IMG/VR virus record: IMGVR_UViG_3300023055_000005
Direction: 5' to 3' (one strand)
Length of the DNA stretch: 64,000 nucleotides
Origin: a virus
Taxonomy: Duplodnaviria > Caudoviricetes
Shown: positions 1 to 8,765 of the stretch, piece after piece
Layout of the letters: the number at the start of each line of letters is the position of its first letter
Position numbering within the stretch: the first letter of the stretch is position 1
Made by a program: the position numbers and the translations under genes
The notes under the pieces: model-generated
Seen by the model: the letters and a program-made list of their open reading frames with translations, nothing else
Told to the model about the DNA's origin: nothing
Databases searched by the model: none

Positions 1-1
1 G

Positions 2-145
2 GCCCCGATCCCCGCACGTGTCTACCTGAACTCCGGCATCGCCCAGTTCCTGTTCTTCCGTGGCGAGGAAGAGTGCGAAGTCAGCTACGCCGATCGCGGT
101 GGCAAGTACCAAGGTCAGCGCGGCGTGCAGCTGCCGTTGATCTAA
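2..145 (+). CDS. dcd: dCTP deaminase, C-terminal part (5' truncated by window edge)
   Basis: Frame 2 reads [47 protein letters not shown], matching the characteristic Dcd C-terminus (GxAQxLFF...[15 protein letters not shown]). Confidence 0.9.
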   Translation, partial: APIPARVYLNSGIAQFLFFRGEEECEVSYADRGGKYQGQRGVQLPLI

Positions 146-196
146 TCTGTGGCCGGAGGGGGTGACCTCTCCGGCTATGCCCTAAGGAGAACGACG

Positions 197-343
197 ATGC
201 CTTCCAAGAGTGAAAAGCAAGCGCGCTTTATGCGTGCAGCCGCCCACGACAAGGACTTTGCTGAGCGTAACAAGATACCTCAGAAAGTTGCAAAGGAGTT
301 CGTAGCCGAAGACAAGAAAGTCAAGGAGAAGAGAAAGAAATGA
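197..343 (+). CDS. small basic hypothetical protein (MPSKSEKQARFMRAAAH type)
   Basis: AAGGAG RBS upstream of ATG197; 48 aa; Lys-rich C-terminus. Confidence 0.7.
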   Translation: MPSKSEKQARFMRAAAHDKDFAERNKIPQKVAKEFVAEDKKVKEKRKK

Positions 344-765
344 AAGCACCTCCATCGCAACATCTTCCCGAGCATCTCCAGCACGTAGTCACCAGCACGC
401 CGGTCAACGGTATCACAGCTACTGTAATCCGTGAGCCGACGGCAGTGGATGGCCTCTACGCAGTCCTGGCTGATGACGGCAATGACACGCCCGGTCCGCA
501 CCTCGCTCGCGTGACTGTCCACCTGCACCTCGTCAAGAGCACGTTCTTCAGTGACGGCCCCACCGATGGCGAGAAACTGGTGGCCAGCATCGCCCAGTTC
601 CTTACCGAGCTGTTCCGTCGGAAGGTTGTCAATGTCTACGTCAGCCGTGAGCTGTCCGAGCGGCTGGGCATCTCCCACGAGTCGGGTCGTCACAGTCCCG
701 TGACCGACAATGACAAGTTCTTCTTCGTCTACGGCGAATCCTACCAGCGACTGAAGATCACCTGA
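340..765 (+). CDS. hypothetical protein
   Basis: ATGA overlap with upstream gene; phage-like codon bias. Confidence 0.7.
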   Translation: MKAPPSQHLPEHLQHVVTSTPVNGITATVIREPTAVDGLYAVLADDGNDTPGPHLARVTVHLHLVKSTFFSDGPTDGEKLVASIAQFLTELFRRKVVNVYVSRELSERLGISHESGRHSPVTDNDKFFFVYGESYQRLKIT

Positions 766-778
766 GCAAGGAACCACA

Positions 779-1402
779 GTGACAAAGAAAGATGAACTCT
801 TCGTACCACTGCCGAGTGGACGAGACACAAAGAGCAACTTCCTTGAACACCAGCAGATTTTGAAAGCGCTGGCGGCCAAGCACACAGTCAGACACGCCCC
901 AGGTGAACCACTGTCGTTCATTAAAACTCGCCCCGAAGTACCCAAAGAGGAGATACAGGCACTCTATGACAGGATAAGGTCGGGAGCGGTCGTTCCGCCA
1001 GAGGTGCTTGATCCATCCTCGCCTGACCTCACGCCAGAGCAGAAGGAAAGTATCCTCCATCGCGCCAGGAACGATCCGAAGTTCTTCCTCGGTCTCATCA
1101 CGTCGCCTCCGGCACTTAGTGGCGTGACGATAAACCCCCACATGGACGCCATTCTTCATAACGCCGACGTATTCGGCTCCGATCGCCTTCCGGCCTTAGT
1201 AACCCCGAGACAGCTCGGTAATCGCAGGCTCCCGCCAATCAAAGATCTCATTGACGGTAGGCTGGCCGAAATCATCAAGAGAAACCTCGAAGGTCGCGCA
1301 GCTATGGCACGCGCCATCCTTGGGACAGTCCTTCCTGATCCAAAGCCGCGTGACAAGATCCGTGCACGTCGCCGCATCAAGCGCCGCGGGCGCAAGAACT
1401 AA
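779..1402 (+). CDS. hypothetical protein with Arg-rich C-terminus
   Basis: AAGGA RBS, GTG start; ends RARRRIKRRGRKN. Confidence 0.65.
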   Translation: MTKKDELFVPLPSGRDTKSNFLEHQQILKALAAKHTVRHAPGEPLSFIKTRPEVPKEEIQALYDRIRSGAVVPPEVLDPSSPDLTPEQKESILHRARNDPKFFLGLITSPPALSGVTINPHMDAILHNADVFGSDRLPALVTPRQLGNRRLPPIKDLIDGRLAEIIKRNLEGRAAMARAILGTVLPDPKPRDKIRARRRIKRRGRKN

Positions 1403-1467
1403 GTAGCAAGTTACTCGTCGCCGTACTTAACCGTACCATCACGATTAATCACAAGAGACAGATACAA

Positions 1468-2004
1468 ATGGCAAGTAAGCAATTGAATGAAAAGCTCATC
1501 GTCGAAGCGAACTGTGCAGAGCTGCTGGATACCGGGGATGAAATCTCCCTTACGGCCATCTACGACATGCTCCGCCGCCGCTACCCGGCGCTGTGCTTTT
1601 ATGGCGAAGATAAGGACATCAAAGAACTGATCGACGGCAGTATCACCATCGAGCTGTTCCCCAACAGTGATCGCAAGATCATCAGGCTGCGCCTGAAGGA
1701 GAACGCTAACTTCAAGTTCGACAGCGACGTCTGCTTCGAGGTACTCCCCAAGGCAGGCACTCTGATCACGGACATGATGACAGCCATCATCACCCGTGCA
1801 GGCCGACCCGCCGAAGATGCCGGTAGTGAACTCGCCACTATGCGCCGTCACATCAACCGTGTCTTTGGAGGCATGGGGGTGACCATCCATAACGTCAACC
1901 TTATCGATAACTGCATCCTCAACACCTGGGTATTCCTGCTCAGCTTCAAGGGACAGTACGCTCAGATCGTACTCCCCGTCAACTACTTCGAAAAGAAATC
2001 CTAA
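1468..2004 (+). CDS. hypothetical protein
   Basis: 178-aa ORF in the co-directional + strand run. Confidence 0.7.
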   Translation: MASKQLNEKLIVEANCAELLDTGDEISLTAIYDMLRRRYPALCFYGEDKDIKELIDGSITIELFPNSDRKIIRLRLKENANFKFDSDVCFEVLPKAGTLITDMMTAIITRAGRPAEDAGSELATMRRHINRVFGGMGVTIHNVNLIDNCILNTWVFLLSFKGQYAQIVLPVNYFEKKS

Positions 2005-2016
2005 GGGAGAAACACC

Positions 2017-2478
2017 GTGAATACCCCGCAGTTTGCAGCACTTCTGCTGAAGTTCAATGATGAAGCTGGTACGAGTCTGGAAGTCTTCAAGAACTACTAC
2101 GACGAAGAAATTGGCCGTCCGTTCCGTGAGCGCATGGAGCACGGCCTGATCCGCGGTGAGTACGGTTCGCCGATCATCAATGACCGCATGTCGATGTCCG
2201 ATCGCATCTCTCGCGCCAGTAACATCAACGAGTTGTCGGTTTGCCTGACGGTGAACTCGATGGAGATCCGCGATGACGGTATCTACGGAGTCATTGTACC
2301 CAGCGGGCCGCTGGCCGGTGCGATGGTGGATCACCTGGCCGCACACAAGGACAAGATGATCGTGCTCTCGATGCGTCACATCAGTCGCAAGGAAGCCGGC
2401 GCTCAGGAAGGTACTTTCCGCACCACGAAGATCCAGCAGATCATCGCCTTCGATCTCATCAACAACTTCGTCGAATAA
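2017..2478 (+). CDS. prohead-protease (S80/U9, phiKZ gp175-like) paralogue, probably inactive
   Basis: Motifs IRGEYGSP, VPSGPLAG, LSMR and IIAFD mirror the GExGHP / PSGP / SxR / I-TWD pattern of T4 gp21- and phiKZ gp175-type proteases, but His is replaced by Ser. Confidence 0.55.
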   Translation: MNTPQFAALLLKFNDEAGTSLEVFKNYYDEEIGRPFRERMEHGLIRGEYGSPIINDRMSMSDRISRASNINELSVCLTVNSMEIRDDGIYGVIVPSGPLAGAMVDHLAAHKDKMIVLSMRHISRKEAGAQEGTFRTTKIQQIIAFDLINNFVE

Positions 2479-2492
2479 CAAGAGCAGCCTCA

Positions 2493-3149
2493 ATGACGCA
2501 TCCGAAGAAGAAGAAGGTTCAACGCTCCACCGTTATCAACGCCAAAGGTAACGTACAGCGCCACACGGTCGTAAACTCCGCCAGCTGGATGGCTGACCTG
2601 CCGATGGATGTCCTCTACCAGCAGGAACAGTTCCTCGGCAAGTTGTTGGAGGAGAAAATGCCCCTGTGGCTGGCACCGTTGTTCATGCGCTTTGCTGAGC
2701 ACCTCTACCAGCCGAGCAAGTATGCGGTGAACATCTACCACAACCTCCGTACCCGCGGGCACCGCTGGTGGTTCCTGAGCCTGCATGGGCTTGGGTGCAC
2801 GGACATGCTGAAGGTGATCAACATCGCCCTGGTTAACACCAATGGGGAGATGCCACCGAAGCATGAAAATGCGGTCGTCTACGACCCCGATGGTCCCAGT
2901 GAGCCTTTCTCTGGGGAGATTGCCGCGTGGTTCCGGGTTGCCGGACCGTCCATACCCGGCAAGAGTCAGTGGTACACCTTCGAGCCTGGTGTTCGGCGGT
3001 TGCTGGCAGCTCTGTACTACACCGGAGTTGAGATGTGGCTTGAACAGAGCGATGTGGCCGGAGCATTCACTGTCTGTATGTACCACGATCGCTCCTTGGT
3101 CCGTATGGACTTCCAATCGCAGGCTGGGCAGGTCTGGGGAAGTTATTGA
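2493..3149 (+). CDS. hypothetical protein
   Basis: 218-aa ORF; basic N-terminus PKKKKV. Confidence 0.7.
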   Translation: MTHPKKKKVQRSTVINAKGNVQRHTVVNSASWMADLPMDVLYQQEQFLGKLLEEKMPLWLAPLFMRFAEHLYQPSKYAVNIYHNLRTRGHRWWFLSLHGLGCTDMLKVINIALVNTNGEMPPKHENAVVYDPDGPSEPFSGEIAAWFRVAGPSIPGKSQWYTFEPGVRRLLAALYYTGVEMWLEQSDVAGAFTVCMYHDRSLVRMDFQSQAGQVWGSY

Positions 3150-3150
3150 C

Positions 3151-3179
3151 GGCATAGGCGGGAGGTAATTCCTCCCGCC
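3151..3179. terminator. GGCATA-flanked hairpin
   Basis: GGCATA then stem GGCGGGAGG(3157-65)/CCTCCCGCC(3171-79) directly after a stop codon. Confidence 0.7.
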
Positions 3180-3228
3180 GTATTTAATAACAAGATTCCC
3201 TTTTCCTATAGTCACCGGGAGAAACACC

Positions 3229-3750
3229 ATGGAAGAAAATGTCCGCAGTCCCAAGCGCTTGTATTTCCTGATCGTCAACGACGCCAACCGCCTCGACGCG
3301 ATCGACCGCATCGCTCCACTGGGTGAACGCATCAACTGGGATAGCCTGCGTGAGTTGGCAAGCTCCCGCGTCCAGACGGATCTGGAGAAGTCCAAGGAAA
3401 CCCTCACCAAGACCGAGACTGCTCAGCGTGTTGCCGAGTACGTCCGTGCTGAGGTGGCTCGTCTGTCGATGGAGCGCGTGCATGCGACCATCTACGTGGA
3501 GAGCGATATCTTCGAGCTGGGCGCATCCACCACCTACGGGAAGATGAACTATCTCCAGAAGAAGAGGGAGATTCCCTACAGCGCCTTCTTCGTCACCAAC
3601 GTGGCTGGCGTGTACACCGACACGGTCTGCATGCTGATCCGCGCCGACCAGGATATCCGTGCCTCCAACCCGATGGCACAACTGTTGTCCGGCAGCAAGT
3701 CTGGCTGCCCTCTCAACCCTTTCAACATCGAAGAACTGCGCAAGGATTAA
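3229..3750 (+). CDS. hypothetical protein
   Basis: GGGAG RBS; 173 aa. Confidence 0.7.
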   Translation: MEENVRSPKRLYFLIVNDANRLDAIDRIAPLGERINWDSLRELASSRVQTDLEKSKETLTKTETAQRVAEYVRAEVARLSMERVHATIYVESDIFELGASTTYGKMNYLQKKREIPYSAFFVTNVAGVYTDTVCMLIRADQDIRASNPMAQLLSGSKSGCPLNPFNIEELRKD

Positions 3751-3754
3751 GCCA

Positions 3755-4117
3755 GTGTTCACCTATGCAATTCTCGCTCTCACAACCACCTTCCTTGCCT
3801 TCGTGCTCAATCAGGGCATGGTGATCTGGTCGCTGTGGAGGATTCACTGTGACAGCGCTAGCACCAAGAGCGTAGAGGCTCTGGCTATCCACAACATCGC
3901 CATGGCTCTGTTCGGCCTGGCGTGTACCGGAGTGTTCATCTTCCGGCTCAGTAAAGGGGAGCTGATGGTCGGAGGGAACTACTACCTGATCCCAGGGGTG
4001 GTGATTCTGTCGAACATCTTCTTCACCGTGTCCTCCCTGCGCACAGTGTGCGAATGGATGGACAAAGACAAACGTGCCCAAGCTGAAGGGCATGGCGACA
4101 CCGATCGAATCTACTAA
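3755..4117 (+). CDS. small multi-pass membrane protein (holin-like candidate)
   Basis: Three hydrophobic segments and a charged C-tail; immediately upstream of an amidase; GTG3755 chosen as start. Confidence 0.5.
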   Translation: MFTYAILALTTTFLAFVLNQGMVIWSLWRIHCDSASTKSVEALAIHNIAMALFGLACTGVFIFRLSKGELMVGGNYYLIPGVVILSNIFFTVSSLRTVCEWMDKDKRAQAEGHGDTDRIY

Positions 4118-4128
4118 GGGAGTAAGAC

Positions 4129-4680
4129 GTGCAAAAGCCGACGATGGAAGTAATGAAGAAGGAAGACATCCGCATGATAGTGGTGCATTGCACTGCTACC
4201 TATCCGGGTCAGGTCAAAGACGTGGTGAAGTGGGTGGAGGCCGGTCACAAGGCCCGCGGGTTCGCAACCACTGGCTACCACTTCATCATCACCCGAGATG
4301 GCGTGATTCATCAGTGTCGTCCGATGCCGATGATGGGTGCGCATGAGCCGCTGGTCAATCGCATCTCCGTGGCAGTTGCATTGGAGGGCGGCGTGGATCG
4401 GCAGAACAAGCCTGAAGCCAACTACACTCCGATCCAGATGCAGGCGCTCGCGCTCAAGCTCTGGCAGCTGCATCAGACGTACACGATCGAAGGTCTGGCT
4501 GGCCATCGCGATCTGGGCGTACCCAAGGCATGTCCGTGTTTCGATACGCGGTCGTGGTGGCGCGATGTTGGCTACCCGTACGCGCTGGAGTACCACGGTA
4601 AGATATCCAACGAGAAGCGTGACGCGAACAGGGAAATGGCCAAGAAGATCTTCGAACCCCTCGGCGAAGAATACAAGTAA
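4129..4680 (+). CDS. N-acetylmuramoyl-L-alanine amidase (T7 lysozyme/Amidase_2 type)
   Basis: IVVHCTAT, GYHFII, GAH, GHRD and KACPCFD give the Zn-ligand His/His/Cys pattern of T7-type amidases. Confidence 0.9.
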   Translation: MQKPTMEVMKKEDIRMIVVHCTATYPGQVKDVVKWVEAGHKARGFATTGYHFIITRDGVIHQCRPMPMMGAHEPLVNRISVAVALEGGVDRQNKPEANYTPIQMQALALKLWQLHQTYTIEGLAGHRDLGVPKACPCFDTRSWWRDVGYPYALEYHGKISNEKRDANREMAKKIFEPLGEEYK

Positions 4681-5136
4681 ATGGTCAGTCACAACAGAGT
4701 GCGTGTGCAACATGGCGATGTAGTGTATGAAAGTATCACTGCCGCTGTGGAAGCCACGGGTATGGATCGTAACGTCCTCAACAAACTGTGCAAGACTCCG
4801 GAGACTTCGGGCTGGCGCAAACTCAACGATGGCACTCGCCCGCAGGTTTCCTTTGCTGGCAGTCGTTGGGTAATTGATGGCGTTGAATATCGCTTTAGCA
4901 AGATTGCCGCTTGTGTGCACAATGTGAGCAGTGCTCAGATCCGTCACTGGATGAATGACCCTGCTCGCACTGACTGCTACATGAAACTGGCAGATGGTAC
5001 GCATTACAAGAACACCGCTGCTCACGCCCGACGCTTGGAAAAGCAGAGCGGCTACAACGAAACCTTACGACTCAAAAGAAGGAAAAGGGCTGCTAATGAG
5101 CTATTACCGCAGTTACGGCAGTCAGCGCAAGGTTGA
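4681..5136 (+). CDS. NUMOD1/IENR-like DNA-binding repeat protein, no nuclease domain seen
   Basis: Repeats GDVVYESITAAVEATG and IDGVEYRFSKIAACVHNVS resemble homing-endonuclease DNA-binding modules. Confidence 0.45.
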   Translation: MVSHNRVRVQHGDVVYESITAAVEATGMDRNVLNKLCKTPETSGWRKLNDGTRPQVSFAGSRWVIDGVEYRFSKIAACVHNVSSAQIRHWMNDPARTDCYMKLADGTHYKNTAAHARRLEKQSGYNETLRLKRRKRAANELLPQLRQSAQG

Positions 5137-5602
5137 CTGGGAACAACCCCGCGGCGACCAACGCTGGCGCACCCGTGAAGAGCAGGTCAAGGACCAGCGC
5201 GATCTGATCATCGACCTGGTGCGAAGCGAAGCGCGTACCTTCGCCAAGTCGCTCAGCCGTACGGACTACCTCAGCCACGGTGAGTTCGTCATGCTGTTGA
5301 AGCTGGAGGACGGGCGCTTCCTCTCGATGAAGTTCCCGCAGAACTCCATCCGCGAGCAGTCCTTCATCATGATGCTCCAGAACCCGGCGCTGGTGCACCT
5401 GAACCGCGAAGGTACTTCGCTCTCGCGCTGCCCGGATGACTACAACGAAATCCAGCGTCTGCTGGAAGGTGGCAAGTTCATCTGCTTCCAGCCGGGCTTC
5501 CCACGCTACGGCGAGGATGCTGAAGTCATCCGCGAGTGGTCCACACATACGCCGGTCCCCGCACCGGCAGCACCGAAGGGTAAAAGCAAATGGGTGAAGT
5601 GA
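5096..5602 (+). CDS. hypothetical protein
   Basis: AAGGA upstream of ATG5096; strong C/G third-position bias begins here. Confidence 0.65.
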   Translation: MSYYRSYGSQRKVDWEQPRGDQRWRTREEQVKDQRDLIIDLVRSEARTFAKSLSRTDYLSHGEFVMLLKLEDGRFLSMKFPQNSIREQSFIMMLQNPALVHLNREGTSLSRCPDDYNEIQRLLEGGKFICFQPGFPRYGEDAEVIREWSTHTPVPAPAAPKGKSKWVK

Positions 5603-5991
5603 ACGACGACGTCAGGATCCGCTTCGATTCTGTACTGAAGCTGGCCGCGTCCAAGGGCGGTGACCTGCCCACCAAGCGCTACGCAGCAGCCAGCGATTTC
5701 GCCGGTCAGCTCAAGTGCATCCTGACCGATGAGCCGACGATCGTGAAGTTCTACGTGGAAGAAAACGCCACGCTGATCATCCCGATCAATGTCCTCAGTG
5801 GCTTCTCCTTCGCTACCACCAAGGCGGCGCAGGAAGATCCGATGCTGATGAAGATCTTCGAGGACATCGCCCAGAATGCCATCGGCGTGCTGGGTACGAG
5901 CATCATGCGTTCGGACCAGGGTCTGTGTGTGGTCGTGCCGGTGTTCTTCGGCACCACCAACTCGGAAACCATCGTCGACGAAGCCGGCTGA
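5590..5991 (+). CDS. hypothetical protein
   Basis: 133-aa ORF overlapping the upstream stop. Confidence 0.7.
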   Translation: MGEVNDDVRIRFDSVLKLAASKGGDLPTKRYAAASDFAGQLKCILTDEPTIVKFYVEENATLIIPINVLSGFSFATTKAAQEDPMLMKIFEDIAQNAIGVLGTSIMRSDQGLCVVVPVFFGTTNSETIVDEAG

Positions 5992-5996
5992 TACAT

Positions 5997-6040
5997 GGGA
6001 GGCCCTTCGGGGCCTCCCTCTATGCCCCATCTTTTCTTTT
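5997..6040 (+). terminator. intrinsic terminator, hairpin plus TATGCC plus T-tract
   Basis: GGGAGGCCC-TTCG-GGGCCTCCC, then TATGCC and TCTTTTCTTTT. Confidence 0.8.
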
Positions 6041-6072
6041 GGTTGTAAAAGACGACCCGTGACCAGAATGAT

Positions 6073-6378
6073 TTGGAGACATACCGGCCAACCAAAATGA
6101 ATACCCGAAACACCTCCTGCCAACATGGTCGGGAAGATCTGGAAGTAACCGATGGCATTGGCCACTTCGGCAACAAGACCAAAGTCATCGGCAAGGAATA
6201 CAAGTGCCGCATCTGTGGATATACCCACACCGATGCCAGCGGCCTGCTCGGTTCACTGGTGAGCGATGATGGCCGAAAGCGTAGCGGGCAGCTTCCCGAT
6301 CGCGTCGATCTGGAGAAGCGTGCTGTCACCGACAGTGACTGGGACAGCTTCGAAACGGCCCGCATAGCTGACCAATAG
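6073..6378 (+). CDS. small protein with possible Zn-binding motif
   Basis: SCQHG...YKCRICGYTH; true start uncertain. Confidence 0.5.
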   Translation: METYRPTKMNTRNTSCQHGREDLEVTDGIGHFGNKTKVIGKEYKCRICGYTHTDASGLLGSLVSDDGRKRSGQLPDRVDLEKRAVTDSDWDSFETARIADQ

Positions 6379-6404
6379 CTAGAAGATTCAAACAGGAAAT
6401 AGAC

Positions 6405-6416
6405 CTACATTACCTA
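6405..6416 (+). promoter_or_regulatory. phiKZ-type early promoter core (TACATTAC)
   Basis: CTACATTACCTA in an AT-rich intergenic region; same motif at 16123, 18639, 30621 and 38033; resembles the phiKZ TATATTAC early promoter. Confidence 0.7.
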
Positions 6417-6590
6417 AGGGAGTCAGGCTTTCAAAAGTCGAAGCTCCCTAGGGTCATGAGGTCTATCTTTTGTAGGCCGCAGTAATTCTCCAACTTTTCT
6501 AATTAGAGACCCTGAAACGATGTGCTTAACGCCTCCACAGTAAACTCCTGCATGCGAAAAGGGAGAGCACTGTGGAAGGAGTATCCCTTC
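6417..6590 (+). ncRNA. candidate structured cis-regulatory leader (riboswitch-like)
   Basis: Hand-folded: 5' hairpin 6417-6449, three-way junction 6451-6512, SD/GTG-sequestering hairpin 6534-6576. Confidence 0.45.
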
Positions 6591-6604
6591 TAGAGTCAGC
6601 TCCA

Positions 6605-7201
6605 ATGTTCAACTTGATCAAGAACCTGCTGGTAATGATGGCCGTGCTTAGCGTGACTGCTTGCACCCTGTTCCAGCCCAAGTCTCAGCTCGTTGCATCC
6701 GGTTTCACCATGGCTCCTGTTGAAGCCGTGATCTATCCTGTCAACATTGAAGTTGACGCGCTCCCGATTGTGGAGCTGCCTGTTCCAGTCATACCGCTTA
6801 ACGAACGTTACACTGTGAAGATCACCGACGCCGAAGTGCAATGCATGGCGAAGACGATCTATCACGAAGCCAAGGGTGAAAGTGAAGTAGGAATGCGCGC
6901 CGTAGGGTATTTGACCCTCAACCGCGCAGCGCATCCAGCTTATCCAAAATCCATCTGTGGAGTTATCCACACCAAATACCAGGGTCGATACGAGTACAAC
7001 TGGGTTGGCATGAGACTACCGATCCGCGAACAAGACCGTTACGCAATGGCCATCAAGGTGAGCCGCGACGTCTTGAACCGATCAGTCCCCAATCCGATTG
7101 ACGACAGCTTGTTCTTCCGGAACAAGTCTGCTCACAGGCAACTGCGCTATGAACGCTACGTTGCGACCATCGGCAATCATCGCTTCTACGCCAGGCGATA
7201 G
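6605..7201 (+). CDS. SleB-like cell wall hydrolase (Hydrolase_2), predicted lipoprotein
   Basis: CMAKTIYHEAKGE, AVGYLTLNR, YPKSICGVI and IGNHRFY motifs; signal peptide with lipobox VTAC; alternative start GTG6572. Confidence 0.88.
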   Translation: MFNLIKNLLVMMAVLSVTACTLFQPKSQLVASGFTMAPVEAVIYPVNIEVDALPIVELPVPVIPLNERYTVKITDAEVQCMAKTIYHEAKGESEVGMRAVGYLTLNRAAHPAYPKSICGVIHTKYQGRYEYNWVGMRLPIREQDRYAMAIKVSRDVLNRSVPNPIDDSLFFRNKSAHRQLRYERYVATIGNHRFYARR

Positions 7202-7219
7202 CCCGCAAGTTTCCACCTC

Positions 7220-7251
7220 CCCCCTACCTCCCGCAGCCAGGGGGTAGGGGG
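7220..7251. terminator. GC-rich hairpin after the SleB gene
   Basis: CCCCCTACCTCC ... GGGGGTAGGGGG inverted repeat. Confidence 0.6.
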
Positions 7252-7285
7252 TTTATTCCCTCGTGCTGCGACAAGTGAACCTACC

Positions 7286-7609
7286 ATGAGCAATACCAAC
7301 AACAATCCCACGTACTACGCCATCGACGAAGAAGGCTTCCTGATCCGTGAGCTGGGTCGCTTCAACGTCAATGAACCGGTTGAAGCCGACCAGCTGACCA
7401 AGGAGCAGGACGGCGACTGGTTGGCCATGAATACCGATCTGCGCAGCTTCCGTCGTTCGATCGGCAGCGCCGACTTCGGCGACCGTACCTTCGCCCTGAA
7501 CACCAGCGAGCTCTACCTCACCGAGGTGACCGACGCTGACAACGAAGAGCACGACCTGGTCTACCCGGCTACCGTCATCGACGAAGCCCTGAAGGGTCAC
7601 GGTTTCTAA
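7286..7609 (+). CDS. hypothetical acidic protein
   Basis: 107-aa ORF, strongly biased codons. Confidence 0.7.
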   Translation: MSNTNNNPTYYAIDEEGFLIRELGRFNVNEPVEADQLTKEQDGDWLAMNTDLRSFRRSIGSADFGDRTFALNTSELYLTEVTDADNEEHDLVYPATVIDEALKGHGF

Positions 7610-7619
7610 TCATGGTTGG

Positions 7620-7652
7620 CCGAGGGGGTAACTCCCCCCTCGGTTTTATGCC
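7620..7652 (+). terminator. hairpin plus TTTTATGCC
   Basis: CCGAGGGGG/CCCCCTCGG stem followed by TTTTATGCC. Confidence 0.75.
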
Positions 7653-7669
7653 GCAAACCGAGAGCACAC

Positions 7670-7966
7670 ATGAGCATTGAAGAAGTAACCCCTGAAGTCA
7701 CGCAGGTTTGGGAGTGCAACAAAACCAAACACCCCTACCTGCTCATCACCATCTTCTCCAGCGGCGACTGGTCTGACAAAGCCACCGGTATGGCGGTCAT
7801 GAGCCCGAAGGCTGGTGCAGGCTACAGCAACCGTCATGTGGGCTTGCCGACCCTGATGGACGGTACGGAGTTCACCCTGATCAAGGACTCTGTCTTCAAC
7901 ACCCGGCGGAATGTAAAAGTCGCCAGCGCTGTACCATCCGATGCTGAAACCAGCGCACTCAACTGA
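7670..7966 (+). CDS. hypothetical protein
   Basis: ATG7670 downstream of the terminator, GAGAG upstream. Confidence 0.65.
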   Translation: MSIEEVTPEVTQVWECNKTKHPYLLITIFSSGDWSDKATGMAVMSPKAGAGYSNRHVGLPTLMDGTEFTLIKDSVFNTRRNVKVASAVPSDAETSALN

Positions 7967-7982
7967 ATACGAGAGAACCACA

Positions 7983-8765
7983 ATGCCACAGTTCCACTGG
8001 ATCGTTTCCAACTCCCGCGAAGCAGCACTGGCCGAGGCCGTGCGTCGCAACTTCAGCCAGGTCTTCTCGACCTCCGGACACCGTTCGGATACCGTCGATG
8101 CCAGCTTCCTGGACCATGACGCTTCCGCCGATGACGCTCTCGGCCTGGAGCGCATCTTCAACACCAACTTCGGTCGCCATCGTGGCGATGAGACGGCCAA
8201 GTTCCTGGAAGACCTGGATCGCACCGGGAATGGTGAAGCGATCGCGTTCATCACCATCGTGCAGGACCACAGCGCCAGCGAGTTCCACTGGGCCGAGCTG
8301 ATGGACAAGTGGGTCATCTACTTCTCCGCACTGGACGATGACACCAAGCGTCGCGTCCAGACCCTGGAAGGTCAGCTGCTCGGCAGCAAGACCATCCTCA
8401 CCGCCACCACCGTCACTGCCCTGCTGGAAGTGGATGGCAAGGTGCGCAGCAAGACCATCAAGGCCGCCAAGAAAGACCGCAGCCGTGATCCGCGTCAGTC
8501 GCGCAATGGCATCGAGCGTCCGCGCGGCGCACGTCCGCCGGCACCGGGTAAGGAAGTGGCAACCAGCATGTCCGGCCGTACCATCGAGGTGAGCAAGCCC
8601 CGTCGTGGTCAGGAACCGGAACCGAAGTTCCACGAGCGCAACGCGCCGGTGGCTAAGTTCCACGAAAAGCCGACCAAGAAAATGGAAGGCCCCAAGGCCA
8701 GCTCGGCTGAACTGCAGGACTGGCAGCAGAAGCTGTCCGGTCACTTCGGGGGCGGCAATGGCTAA
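7983..8765 (+). CDS. hypothetical protein with basic disordered C-terminal half
   Basis: GAGAG RBS before ATG7983; C-terminal K/R/P-rich region. Confidence 0.7.
   Translation: MPQFHWIVSNSREAALAEAVRRNFSQVFSTSGHRSDTVDASFLDHDASADDALGLERIFNTNFGRHRGDETAKFLEDLDRTGNGEAIAFITIVQDHSASEFHWAELMDKWVIYFSALDDDTKRRVQTLEGQLLGSKTILTATTVTALLEVDGKVRSKTIKAAKKDRSRDPRQSRNGIERPRGARPPAPGKEVATSMSGRTIEVSKPRRGQEPEPKFHERNAPVAKFHEKPTKKMEGPKASSAELQDWQQKLSGHFGGGNG

Noticed and set aside
6534-6576. c-di-GMP-I (GEMM) riboswitch identity for the leader hairpin
   Set aside because: Only the AAA-containing internal loop and GAAA-like loop resemble it; the following P3 and junction consensus are missing
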